Positions 11,038 to 20,736 of a stretch of DNA of 64,000 bases are shown one piece after another. Source of the DNA: Psychrobacter sp. (lineage in GTDB: Bacteria > Pseudomonadota > Gammaproteobacteria > Pseudomonadales > Moraxellaceae); contig NZ_JAKDJE010000004.1 in the NCBI RefSeq assembly GCF_030454045.1, positions 5,593-69,592 of the forward strand. The letters run 5' to 3'. The position numbers and the translations under genes are program-made. Numbering within the stretch: the stretch's first letter is position 1; each line of letters begins with the position of its first letter. The notes below the pieces were generated by a model that worked only from the letters and a program-made list of their open reading frames with translations, did no database searches and was not told where the DNA came from.

Positions 11038-12654
11038 CTATTTGGCCTGTTTGTCCTCATGTTGGAGGTCGTGCAGTATTTGACCATAAGCATTGCGGAG
11101 CGCGTCTTTTTGCGAGTCAGGGATAACATTTAGCATCAAGCAGCGCTCAAACACGTCCATTTCGTTTAAATCCTGCAAGGTTTCCGAGGTTTGCTGCTGA
11201 TTGAGCACTTTATTATAAGTGCGGGTGTTCTTAATTTTGAGCACCTCACAAGGCAGTCCATCTACCATGGCGTGCACCTGCTCTCGCAAATCGCTAACGA
11301 TCTCATCCCCCGTATAGATGACTTCTAGCCAAATGCTGTCGGTCGTGCTTAGTGATTGAATCGTGTGTTCAATCGCTGCGAGGTCACCAGAGATTTGCGC
11401 TAAGTGTTGAAATTTGGGGATTGGTAGGGATACTACTTGCATTTGATTGGATTCATCGCGGTGCAGTGTTTTATATTGGATATCGGTATCTAATGATTGA
11501 TTTTTTTGCTCTTGCTGAGCAGAAGTGACATTGGTGACAATCGTTTTTTCTACTTGCTTATCTTCTAATGACTCATCAAATCCAAACAAGTCATCCATGA
11601 ACAGCTCGGCTTGGCCAACTGTCTTTTTAACCGTTTTCTCTATTGGCTTTTTAGCAGTTGCGGTTTTGACAGTAGCCGCTTTGCTGGCAAGTTGAGAAGG
11701 GGCGCTCTCGATTGTAGCGTTCGCATGTTTATCTTCTTGACTTTCGTGTTCATTATTAAAGCCATCTGCAGCACCAAACTGTACAAGTAATACCTGTTTT
11801 TGCTGTTTTGCTTCCCCAAAACCCATCGCAATGGGTGAGCCTGAATAGCGGATATGCTCACAGCCGCCGACCCGCTGCGGCACATGCAGATGTCCCAGCG
11901 CCACATAGTCAAAGCAGTCAGCAAACGTGTCCGCAGAGACTTGGCCCAAATTACCCACATACAGCTCGCGCACGCCATCATCATCAGTCGTCTTTCCACC
12001 TGCGGCGAATAGATGCCCTGTGGCAATGATGGGAATACGCCGGTGATGAATTTTTATTAATTCTGCCTGTTGTTCTTTCGCAATGCTTGCTACTTCATCG
12101 TAATGGGTACGAATACCTTTGATAACATTGGCGTCTTTACTATCTGCAGACTCGCCAGCACGCGAGCTACGCACATCCCGATCGCGCAAATAAGGGACAG
12201 CGGCAATGATGCACTGCGGCTGGTTGTCACGGTCATGCAAAACCAGCACCTCATCCGCCAAGTCCTCACAAGCGGTTCCGATGACATGCACATTTAAAAA
12301 TTTAAGGACTTTGCTTGGGGCGTCCAAAAAGGTGGGGGAGTCGTGGTTGCCTGCGACAATGACAATATGCTGGCAGCAAGTCACTGACACCTTACCCAAA
12401 AACTCATAATACAGAGCTTGCGCCTGATTGCTTGGGGTCATGGTGTCAAAAATGTCCCCCGCCACGATCAATACCTCGATTTGATGACTAATAATGGTGT
12501 CATAAAGCCATGCCAAAAACGCTTCAAACTCCTCATAGCGCATACGTCCGTAGAGCCTGCGTCCTAAGTGCCAGTCGGATGTGTGTAAGACCGTGAGTGG
12601 ACGCGGGGGTAAGATGTCGATATCAGAAATGGATGACGATAGAGAGGCAGGCAT
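11038..12654 (-). CDS. sbcD: exonuclease SbcCD, nuclease subunit SbcD (538 aa, with a roughly 110-aa low-complexity insertion)
   Basis: Calcineurin-like phosphoesterase motifs DWHLG, GDIFD, GNHD, GHLH. Upstream partner of sbcC. Confidence 0.93.
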   Translation of the reverse strand: MPASLSSSISDIDILPPRPLTVLHTSDWHLGRRLYGRMRYEEFEAFLAWLYDTIISHQIEVLIVAGDIFDTMTPSNQAQALYYEFLGKVSVTCCQHIVIVAGNHDSPTFLDAPSKVLKFLNVHVIGTACEDLADEVLVLHDRDNQPQCIIAAVPYLRDRDVRSSRAGESADSKDANVIKGIRTHYDEVASIAKEQQAELIKIHHRRIPIIATGHLFAAGGKTTDDDGVRELYVGNLGQVSADTFADCFDYVALGHLHVPQRVGGCEHIRYSGSPIAMGFGEAKQQKQVLLVQFGAADGFNNEHESQEDKHANATIESAPSQLASKAATVKTATAKKPIEKTVKKTVGQAELFMDDLFGFDESLEDKQVEKTIVTNVTSAQQEQKNQSLDTDIQYKTLHRDESNQMQVVSLPIPKFQHLAQISGDLAAIEHTIQSLSTTDSIWLEVIYTGDEIVSDLREQVHAMVDGLPCEVLKIKNTRTYNKVLNQQQTSETLQDLNEMDVFERCLMLNVIPDSQKDALRNAYGQILHDLQHEDKQAK

Positions 12655-12778
12655 AGGCAGCGGCTAATCATGGATAAAAGAGAACCTTTATTTTAACAAG
12701 AATGCGTCCGTTTTGCTGATATTGCGTTGACCTGATTGTAGCGGGTGATATGCCAAATGCGTGAGTGCTATCATCAAC

Positions 12779-12817
12779 CAAAAAAGCCATACTTGATATC
12801 AGTCAGTATGGCTTTTT
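12779..12817 (-). terminator. rho-independent terminator downstream of cysG
   Basis: Arms aaaaagccatact / agtatggcttttt with A and T flanks. Confidence 0.8.
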
Positions 12818-12856
12818 AAGTGGTGCTTGATATGTCTGGCGATTTGGTGTTGCGGA

Positions 12857-14458
12857 CTACTGACGGCTTGAGGTGTCGTGACTGCTCTCATCTAACGAGG
12901 TCACCATCGACAGTGCATGTGCTTGTTGACCGACGGCTGCTGTCTTTGGTGTGGTGGCATTACCGCCGCGCAGCCAGTTTTCATCTGAAGGGCCACTGTT
13001 TTGATTGTATTGATTATACCAAGCCAAGTTATCATGCAGCGCGACCACATCCCCCATGATCAGCAGGGCGGGTGTCGGCAGCTGAGCGGTTTCTTGCTGA
13101 CTGACGATGCTGGCAAGCGTACCTGTTAGGACTTGCTGATTGGGCATACTGGCATTTGAGACAACGGCAATCGGCGTATCAGCGCTGCGACCAGCGTCCA
13201 TCAGGCCTTCGGTTAAACGTGCCAACGAATGTAGACCCATATAAAAGACAACAGTCTCATCAGTATTTAAGAAGTTTTTAAAGTTGCTATTAGGCATGCC
13301 TGCCTTTAAAAAGCCAGTCACAAAGCGTACCGACTGCGAGTGGTCACGGTGCGTTAAGGGAATCCCCGCATAGCTGGCAGCAGCATTGGCCGCGGTGATC
13401 CCTGGTACGACCTGATACGGCACACCATGAGCGCGCAGGCTTTCAATTTCTTCACCGCCACGACCAAAGATAAATGGATCGCCACCTTTTAGGCGCACCA
13501 CACGCCGACCTTCTTTGGCGCTATTGACCAACAGCTCATTGATACCCAGTTGCGCGACCGTATGGTTGCTGCGTTTTTTACCAACAAACACTTTGTCTGC
13601 ATCACGGCGGCAAAGATCCAGCACTTGTGGCGATACCAATGCGTCATAGTAGACAATATCGGCTTGCTGCATCAAACGCAGCGCTTTAAATGTCAAAAGC
13701 TCTGGGTCACCAGGGCCTGCGCCAACGATATAGACTTCGCCAACGGGGGGTGATTTTTTTTCTGACTCGTCTGATAGCGTAGGCGTTGTATTTTCCGCAG
13801 CATGGGCTTTATCATGAATAGCAGCGGCAGTACTATCTAAATCCGCTTGCAACTGAGCAGCCGCTTCGGTTTCATTACCAGCAAACATCAGCTGGCTGAC
13901 TTGACCCTCAAACGCACACTCCCAAAATTGGCGGCGTCCCGTCAGCGTTGGTATTTTGGACTTTACCTCGCTGCGAAAATCACCTGCCAGCTTGGCCAGC
14001 TTGCCATAGCCTTGTGGAATCAATGTCTCAAGGCGTGCTCTTAATAGACGCGCCAACACTGGCGCTTTACCATTGGATGAAATGCCGATGACGATTGGAT
14101 TACGGTCAATAATGGCAGGAAAAATAAAATCACATAAGGGTGGTGTATCGACCACATTGACGGGGATATTGAGCGCAGTCGCGTCGGCGTGAATCTCATG
14201 ATTAAGCGTTTCATCGTCAGTGGCAGCAATAATCACGCGTGCGCCTGACATATAGGTCTTATGATAATTCTCGTAAATCAATTCGTGCTTGCTACCCTCA
14301 AGCAAGGCTTGTATCTCATGGCTGATATCGGGCGATACGATGGTAATACACGCACCCGCACGACTGAGCAAATCAGCTTTACGCAGTGCCACTTCGCCGC
14401 CGCCCACGATAAGCACTTTGCGGCCGTCTAATTTAAAAAATAGGGGAAACGTGTTCAT
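12857..14458 (-). CDS. cysG: siroheme synthase (precorrin-2 dehydrogenase/ferrochelatase fused to uroporphyrinogen-III C-methyltransferase)
   Basis: N-terminal FPLFFKLDGRKVLIVGGGEVALRK Rossmann fold. SUMT core VYIVGAGPGDPELLTFKALRLMQQADIVYYDALV. 533 aa, with a longer linker and C-terminal tail than the roughly 457-aa E. coli enzyme. Confidence 0.93.
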   Translation of the reverse strand: MNTFPLFFKLDGRKVLIVGGGEVALRKADLLSRAGACITIVSPDISHEIQALLEGSKHELIYENYHKTYMSGARVIIAATDDETLNHEIHADATALNIPVNVVDTPPLCDFIFPAIIDRNPIVIGISSNGKAPVLARLLRARLETLIPQGYGKLAKLAGDFRSEVKSKIPTLTGRRQFWECAFEGQVSQLMFAGNETEAAAQLQADLDSTAAAIHDKAHAAENTTPTLSDESEKKSPPVGEVYIVGAGPGDPELLTFKALRLMQQADIVYYDALVSPQVLDLCRRDADKVFVGKKRSNHTVAQLGINELLVNSAKEGRRVVRLKGGDPFIFGRGGEEIESLRAHGVPYQVVPGITAANAAASYAGIPLTHRDHSQSVRFVTGFLKAGMPNSNFKNFLNTDETVVFYMGLHSLARLTEGLMDAGRSADTPIAVVSNASMPNQQVLTGTLASIVSQQETAQLPTPALLIMGDVVALHDNLAWYNQYNQNSGPSDENWLRGGNATTPKTAAVGQQAHALSMVTSLDESSHDTSSRQ

Positions 14459-14589
14459 AGCATCACCATCGATTTATTGTTATGACTTCATGGCGCCATT
14501 ATGGTGCATTGCGCTCATTCGTGCGCCCATTGAATTGGCATTAGTATATTCGTTTTTGAAATATTCATTGATATTTTTCTGGCTAATAG

Positions 14590-14989
14590 GAATAGTCGCG
14601 ATTGTATGAGGAAGACGGCAATCGAATCGTCAAAGATATTACAGATAACAATCAAGACGCCATCTTCGTAAAATCTGATGTGACGCAAAAGAGTGATATT
14701 CAAGCAGTGGTTGATTAAGCACTGACGACCTATAGTCAGATTAATATTTTGTATAACGGTGCTGGTATTCATAATGCTTATGACAATGCTGTTGAGCTAG
14801 AAGAAAATTTTTACGATAAATTGATGGCAATTAATGTCAAAGCGCCTTATCTGGCTTCAAAAATGGTGATTCCACATCTTATTAAGCAAGATTGCTGCAC
14901 TTGCTGTGTTTTTGGCATCTGATGATTCTAATTATATGCAAGGCGCAAATGTCTTGATGGCGGGTGGTTGGGTGTTAGGTCGCAAGTAA
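14590..14989 (+). pseudogene. decayed short-chain dehydrogenase/reductase (SDR) gene
   Basis: Translation gives ...EDGNRIVKDITDNNQDAIFVKSDVTQKSDIQAVVD*ALTTYSQINILYNGAGIHN...INVKAPYLASKMVIPHLIKQ, then a jump to ...AALAVFLASDDSNYMQGANVLMAGGWVLGRK*. There is an in-frame TAA, the Rossmann TGxxxGxG N-terminus is missing, and the catalytic S...YxxxK segment is deleted with a frame change. Confidence 0.8.
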
Positions 14990-15060
14990 CGTTATTAATT
15001 GCCGATATGGTCGTCAATAATATAACAAACGATTCTTACGTTTCCTCATAATAGTAAAAC

Positions 15061-15094
15061 AAAAAAGCCCACTCAAAATGAGAGGGCTTTTTTG
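15061..15094. terminator. bidirectional terminator (SDR remnant / cysH)
   Basis: aaaaaagcccactc-aaaat-gagagggctttttt. One mismatch in the stem. Confidence 0.7.
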
Positions 15095-15127
15095 TTTTTA
15101 ACGAATGCTGTGAGCAATTATCAAAAA

Positions 15128-15766
15128 TTACAACTGCGTGTGCAATCCGCACTCACGGCTTTCTTCTACTTTAGTTGGATCAAAGTAGTCATGCTCGTTT
15201 GGCAAGTTGTGCTCATCTAAGTACACGTCCAAATCAGCATCGGTTTTTTCAAACAATGGTGCTACTTTTAATACGCCATCTTTAGACATACTCAAGACAT
15301 CAAGGTTTTGACGGAACTCGGTTTGGTCTTTACGAATCGCGTTAAACCATACATCAGGCTTTAGCTCAGCAAGGGCGCGGCGGAATGGCTCAAGTTTCAC
15401 TTGTTCAGTGAACTCGCCATGTTGCGGGTTGTCAATGCCTGGGATGCCATTCATGGTGGCGTCACGATGGGCAGCGGTTTGTTTTGGAATATACGTCACG
15501 ACGTTGAGATCAAGATCACGAATCAATTTGTTGGCAAACTGATAGGTCGCATCGGTGTTATAGCCTGAATCTACCCACAATACCGTGATGTCAGGGCGCT
15601 GCTTGGCAACCAAATGCAAGATCGCTGACTCATAAGGACGGAAGTTGGTGGTGATGATTGGGTTTTTGGCTTGCGTCAATGCCCACTCAACGATTTGCTC
15701 AGGTGATTTACCTTGCAAATCTTGGTTTGCTTGGTCGATATCTAGGTTTGGGTGTAATTGGCTCAT
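15128..15766 (-). CDS. cysH: phosphoadenosine phosphosulfate (PAPS) reductase family protein
   Basis: PAPS_reduct fold (VLWVDSGYN...). C-terminal ECGLH motif. No CC...CxxC iron-sulfur cysteines, and the protein has only one Cys. Confidence 0.88.
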   Translation of the reverse strand: MSQLHPNLDIDQANQDLQGKSPEQIVEWALTQAKNPIITTNFRPYESAILHLVAKQRPDITVLWVDSGYNTDATYQFANKLIRDLDLNVVTYIPKQTAAHRDATMNGIPGIDNPQHGEFTEQVKLEPFRRALAELKPDVWFNAIRKDQTEFRQNLDVLSMSKDGVLKVAPLFEKTDADLDVYLDEHNLPNEHDYFDPTKVEESRECGLHTQL

Positions 15767-15817
15767 AATACATTCCTTAATAATAGTTACTATAAAAATG
15801 GTTCTTTAATATTGAGT

Positions 15818-16408
15818 TTAGGTTTTTGAGAACATCGGTAATGCTGAAGCGTCTCGACCATCATAGCTACTGGCTAGGGCAGTGAAGGCTTGGCTAATAT
15901 CAGATTTAGCATCATGCTCATTGAGTACAAAGCTGGTCGCACCAGCGCGCAGCAAATAAGCGATTTGATCACGACCAAACGCGCCTGCCATACGAATATC
16001 GCCTTCATAACCAAGCTGACGCAGGGTCTGTGCAAAACTAAAACCGCGACCGTCCACAAAACTTGGGACATGAATCACGATCAAATCTTGCGTCAATAAA
16101 AAGTCTTTTACATCAGGCAGATCATCAGCATCGGTGTTGGACGTAATCCACACACCCAATCGGCTGCTGTGCTGCTTGAGGATATCCAATACTTGCTCTA
16201 GCAAACCGTTTGCCAGTTTTCCATCAGCATTTAATAAATCTGCTAATGGGACAAGTACATCAACTTTTTCTTGTTTGTGTAACAGCTCAAGTAAGGTCAG
16301 GTTTGATAACGCGATACCGTCAGGCAGCTGCGCTGTCGCTAGCGCTTGCCAAGTATCTTCGCCACTGATGTCTGCGCCATGGCTATCGAGCACATGATGA
16401 TTAGCCAT
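15818..16408 (-). CDS. DUF934 protein (sulfite-reductase-associated)
   Basis: Motif VDGRGFSFAQTLRQLGYEGDIRMAGAFGRDQIAYLLRAGATSF is typical of DUF934 proteins encoded next to cysI. The ATG at 16408 overlaps the cysI stop by 8 nt and follows aaggagaagg. The track start at 16447 is rejected. Confidence 0.8.
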   Translation of the reverse strand: MANHHVLDSHGADISGEDTWQALATAQLPDGIALSNLTLLELLHKQEKVDVLVPLADLLNADGKLANGLLEQVLDILKQHSSRLGVWITSNTDADDLPDVKDFLLTQDLIVIHVPSFVDGRGFSFAQTLRQLGYEGDIRMAGAFGRDQIAYLLRAGATSFVLNEHDAKSDISQAFTALASSYDGRDASALPMFSKT

Positions 16409-18086
16409 AGACCTTCTCCTTAAAGGGGGCGATACCAACGCGGTCAATCACGTCACCAAAACCCTCAACATCTTGTTCGTTAGTGCCGCGTATATCGAGA
16501 TAAACATCTAAAATGGTTTGTAAGGTGCTGGCCACATCATCCGCTGGCACCGCTTTTCCTAAGATTTTGCCCAATTTGGCGTCATTACTAGAGTTACCGC
16601 CAAGGCTAATCTGATACCAGTGCTCGCCTTTTTTGTCCACACCCAAGATACCGATATCCCCTGTGTGATGGTGGGCGCAGGCATTCATGCAGCCTGACAT
16701 GTTCAGGCGAATATCGCCAAGATCATACAAGTAATCTAAATCATCAAACTGCTTTTCGATTTGCTCAGCAATATTATGCGTAGTAGCATTGGCGAGTGAG
16801 CAATAATCCCAACCTGGACAGACAATCATGTCGGTTAAGGTGTTGATATTGGCGCGTGCTAAATGCAAATCTGATAGCTGCTGCCACAATTCATAAAGCT
16901 CATTGGTTTGCACATCAGCGAATACCAGATTTTGCTGATACGTACCGCGCAACTCACCAAAGCTATAACGATCAGACAAATCGGCAAGCGCATCCATTTG
17001 CGCCTCACTCAAGTCACCTGATGGCACATAACGACCGTCTACCAGTCCGGCTTTTAAAGAGATCACTACCGCACGGTAACCGTCCACCTTATGTGCCACA
17101 GTATTCTGGTTATACCAGTTGGCAAAGTCTTTATCAGCGTTTAGTTGTTGTTGTAGCTCAGACTGTACTGCGAGCGCATCAAATGACTGATAATCAGGCA
17201 TACTGAAGTAACTGGCAGCGGTGTCAAAATTGTCATCCGTCAAGGTCAGCGGACCGTCTTTGGTGTGCGCCTCCCACTCAGCCTCTACCAGTTTGGCAAA
17301 CTGATCGCCGCCTAAGCTGTCGACCAAAATCTTGATACGGGCTTTGTATTTATTGTCACGACGACCATGCAAATTATAGACGCGCAAAACCGCATCAAGA
17401 TAACTGAGCAAATGCTCGCGCGGTAAGAACTTGCGAATCGTTTTGCCGATAATAGGGGTACGCCCGAGGCCGCCGCCAACGATGACTTCAAAGCCAAGCT
17501 CGCCTGCGTCGTTTTTGACGATGTGTAGACCCACATCATGGACTTGCGTTGCCGCGCGATCCGCTTCGGTACCGATCACTGCAATTTTAAATTTACGCGG
17601 TAAAAAGGCAAACTCAGGATGAAAGGTTGACCACTGACGGATAATCTCACAATAAGGGCGTGGGTCATCGATTTCTTCCTTATGGATACCCGCATAAGGA
17701 TCGGTTGTGGTGTTACGAATACAGTTGCCTGAGGTTTGGATGGCATGCATCTGTACTGTCGCAAGCTCAGCCAAAATATCTGGCACTTCTTCTAGTTTTG
17801 GCCAGTTCAACTGAATATTGGTACGGGTGGTCATGTGCCCATAGCCTTTATCGTACTTACGGGTAATCTCAGCCAATTTGCGTAGCTGATAGCTGGCAAG
17901 CAAGCCGTAAGGAATGGCAATACGGAGCATCGGTGCATAACGCTGGATATACAAGCCGTTTTGCAACCGTAATGGCAAAAACTGCTCTTCTGGCAGCTCA
18001 CCTGCCAAAAATCGCTCAGTTTGGTCGCGAAATTGGGCAACTCGTTCGTCTACTAACGTCTGGTCAGCGTAATTATATTGATACAT
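16401..18086 (-). CDS. cysI: sulfite reductase hemoprotein (siroheme/4Fe-4S, ferredoxin-type CysI)
   Basis: Nitrite/sulfite reductase repeats. Cluster cysteines CPGWDYCSLA and SGCMNACAHHHTGDIGILG. Confidence 0.92.
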   Translation of the reverse strand: MYQYNYADQTLVDERVAQFRDQTERFLAGELPEEQFLPLRLQNGLYIQRYAPMLRIAIPYGLLASYQLRKLAEITRKYDKGYGHMTTRTNIQLNWPKLEEVPDILAELATVQMHAIQTSGNCIRNTTTDPYAGIHKEEIDDPRPYCEIIRQWSTFHPEFAFLPRKFKIAVIGTEADRAATQVHDVGLHIVKNDAGELGFEVIVGGGLGRTPIIGKTIRKFLPREHLLSYLDAVLRVYNLHGRRDNKYKARIKILVDSLGGDQFAKLVEAEWEAHTKDGPLTLTDDNFDTAASYFSMPDYQSFDALAVQSELQQQLNADKDFANWYNQNTVAHKVDGYRAVVISLKAGLVDGRYVPSGDLSEAQMDALADLSDRYSFGELRGTYQQNLVFADVQTNELYELWQQLSDLHLARANINTLTDMIVCPGWDYCSLANATTHNIAEQIEKQFDDLDYLYDLGDIRLNMSGCMNACAHHHTGDIGILGVDKKGEHWYQISLGGNSSNDAKLGKILGKAVPADDVASTLQTILDVYLDIRGTNEQDVEGFGDVIDRVGIAPFKEKVYG

Positions 18087-18441
18087 GACGTAATCTCAGT
18101 TTTGTTTTTAGTCTTAAAAGCAGCGATGGCAGCAATCTAATATCTGTGCTCGTAGGTGATAGACTTTACCACAAATCGCCATTTAAACAATTCAGGGTCA
18201 CATCATATAAGCTTCTATCTATAAACATAAATTCCTTTCAGACATATCCATATCCAAACACAGCATAAATTTTCATAACGAAAGTTAGGTAGCCTATGCT
18301 TATCAAATTTAACGCCTGATCGCTAGTACGCTACTTCTTATCTATCGACGGCTTTCTTCTCAGTTTTGTATATTTAATCACTTTCGTATTTTTGCTCATC
18401 TCTTCCAACCATTCTTTCTAATAAGAGGTTTTAATAACGAT

Positions 18442-19710
18442 ATGTCTCAGACCCAGATTCAGACCCAAAGCCAAACTCAATCCCAATCAAAGCTGGTTCC
18501 ACCACATGGCAGTGCCGAGCTTAAACCACTGTTGTTAGAAGGCGACGCACGCGAGCAAGCATTAGAGCTTGCCAGCACCTTACCAACCATTACCTTAAGC
18601 TCACGTGAGCGTGGTGATCTGATCATGTTCGGTATTGGCGGCTTTACACCATTAAATGGTTTTATGAATCAAGCCAATTGGCAAGGTGTGGTTGATAACA
18701 TGCGCTTGCAAAGTGGGGATAATGCAGGTTTGTTTTGGCCCATACCGATCACCTTGTCTGCACCAAAAGCGACGGCGGATAGTTTGAGTCAAGGCGACAA
18801 AGTCGCATTGGTCGCACAAGATGGCGAAGTTATGGGCATCTTGACAGTAGAAGAGACCTATACCATTGATAAAGAACACGAGTGCCAGCAAGTCTTTACC
18901 ACCACAGATCCAGAGCATCCAGGTGTCCAGCAAGTATTGGATCAAGATGATGTCAATATTGCAGGTAGCGTAGAAGTACTGAGCGAGGGCGAATTCCCAA
19001 CGCGTTATCCTGGTATCTATAAAACGCCCGCGCAAACACGTCAAATCTTTGAAGAGAAAAACTGGCAGACTGTGGCGGCTTTCCAAACGCGTAACCCGAT
19101 GCACCGCTCACATGAGTATTTGGCCAAAATCGCGATTGAGATCTGCGATGGTGTGATGATTCATTCATTGCTCGGCGCACTAAAACCAGGTGACATTCCA
19201 GCAGAAGTACGTCAAGAAGCCATCAAAACCTTGATTGATAATTACTTCAAACAAGACACGGTCATTCAAGCGGGTTATCCGCTAGATATGCGCTATGCTG
19301 GTCCACGTGAAGCCTTACTGCACGCGTTATTCCGCCAAAACTATGGCTGTAGCCATCTGATCGTTGGTCGCGACCATGCTGGTGTAGGCGATTACTATGG
19401 CGCGTTTGATGCGCAAACCATTTTTGAACAGGTTGGCAAAGACGATCTCATCACCCAGCCGCTAAAAATTGGCTGGACGTTCTGGTGTAATGCTTGTAAT
19501 GCGATGGCATCTGACAAGACTTGCCCGCATGACGCGTCTGAACACGTTAAAGTATCAGGTACCAAGCTGCGTAAAGCGCTATCAGAAGACATGGAAGTAC
19601 CAGAGAACTTTAGCCGTCCAGAAGTGCTTGAGATACTACGCAACTACTACGGCAGCATCGCTCGCGAAGAGCGCGCTGAGGTTAAACTCACGGGCGCCTC
19701 TGCGGTATAG
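18442..19710 (+). CDS. sat: sulfate adenylyltransferase, single-subunit Sat type
   Basis: [13 protein letters not shown] and VGRDHAGVG motifs. N-terminal SQ/TQ repeat extension. No APS-kinase domain. Confidence 0.93.
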   Translation: MSQTQIQTQSQTQSQSKLVPPHGSAELKPLLLEGDAREQALELASTLPTITLSSRERGDLIMFGIGGFTPLNGFMNQANWQGVVDNMRLQSGDNAGLFWPIPITLSAPKATADSLSQGDKVALVAQDGEVMGILTVEETYTIDKEHECQQVFTTTDPEHPGVQQVLDQDDVNIAGSVEVLSEGEFPTRYPGIYKTPAQTRQIFEEKNWQTVAAFQTRNPMHRSHEYLAKIAIEICDGVMIHSLLGALKPGDIPAEVRQEAIKTLIDNYFKQDTVIQAGYPLDMRYAGPREALLHALFRQNYGCSHLIVGRDHAGVGDYYGAFDAQTIFEQVGKDDLITQPLKIGWTFWCNACNAMASDKTCPHDASEHVKVSGTKLRKALSEDMEVPENFSRPEVLEILRNYYGSIAREERAEVKLTGASAV

Positions 19711-19752
19711 ATCCAGCGCGTCAGCATAAAACATCAACGCGATATCAAAACT

Positions 19753-19787
19753 AAAAAGGTGCCATACAATGAGTCTGGCACCTTTTT
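19753..19787. terminator. bidirectional terminator (sat / lipoprotein gene)
   Basis: Arms aaaaaggtgcca / tggcaccttttt. Confidence 0.85.
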
Positions 19788-19832
19788 GTTTTTATCATTT
19801 TTAGCATCTCTCACCGCAGTTAGCGTGATCTA

Positions 19833-20375
19833 TCAAATCTCTAAATCTTCTACCAGCTTTTGATACTCTCCCGTAAGTGAGCCACCGCCTGAGCAAAAAT
19901 AATTCAGCGCATATCTATCTGGACTATCAATCGTCAGCATATTGTCTTTAAATTGAAAAAAGACGGTGCTGTCATTTGCCTGCGCCTCAAAAATCGTACC
20001 GTGTGCCGCGTCTTGCCCCATTAATGTCGCCTTACCATCAAACTGACAAGTCTGTTTTTTGATATCGCTACGTGAGCGAACTTTTATATCGATTTGTCGA
20101 TCACTCTCTGCACGTACCATCACGCCAACCCAGTCATATCCTTGTGCACGTTTGTCATAATCTGCAGAAGCATAATCGCCAGAAATATCGTCTTTTATAA
20201 CATCACTGATAACGTCCACTGGAGTTGGGTGAACCGCTACCGCACGGTGCGTAGAATCTTTCACTGTGGGTATCACGCTATGACAACCCGTTAAAGCAGC
20301 TAGGCTAGTGACCATCGTAGTGGCCATCAATGTTAGTGCAGCAGCAGAGTGAAAGCGATGGGACAAAAGAATCAT
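19833..20375 (-). CDS. hypothetical lipoprotein
   Basis: Signal peptide ending in lipobox LAALTGC. The ATG at 20375 is preferred over the TTG at 20393. I recognise no family. Confidence 0.65.
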   Translation of the reverse strand: MILLSHRFHSAAALTLMATTMVTSLAALTGCHSVIPTVKDSTHRAVAVHPTPVDVISDVIKDDISGDYASADYDKRAQGYDWVGVMVRAESDRQIDIKVRSRSDIKKQTCQFDGKATLMGQDAAHGTIFEAQANDSTVFFQFKDNMLTIDSPDRYALNYFCSGGGSLTGEYQKLVEDLEI

Positions 20376-20736
20376 AAAAAGGCCTTTGGTCAAATAAAAC
20401 AGTCAAATAAATACAGCATTAGTGCTGAGAGTATCCTATAAAAGGATGGTACAGACTAGATAAATGATAGTCTACTTAATAAATCTGCCTGTACTGATTT
20501 ACCTCTCGTTTCTCATAATTTCCTAAGAGTATATGCTAAGTGCTTATGCCAACATCAGGACTTGATAAGCGGATTCGTCACTAAGCGTTTGCTATTTATG
20601 CTGCTAGCATAACTTTCATCATCCGAAAACCGAAATCAACAGAGTAAAAGTCAAAAGAACCAAGCTCAAATGATTGTAAGCCCTATGATGATCAGAATTT
20701 TGACAAAACGCTTCTACCACCTTTATCGAGAGCATC

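Noticed and set aside
7079-12654. SbcC/SbcD-like pair as a phage-defence ATPase-nuclease system (Lamassu/Gabija-type idea)
   Set aside because: The gene order sbcD-sbcC, the Rad50-type zinc hook CPLC, the full Mre11-type phosphoesterase motifs and the housekeeping neighbourhood all fit the canonical chromosomal SbcCD. No accessory defence genes are present.
16409-16447. Longer start for the DUF934 gene, and similar GTG/ATG upstream starts for the two bfr genes (27492, 28032)
   Set aside because: In each case a downstream ATG has a better Shine-Dalgarno sequence and reproduces the conserved family N-terminus (MANHH..., MKGSQKVI..., MKGDKEVI...).
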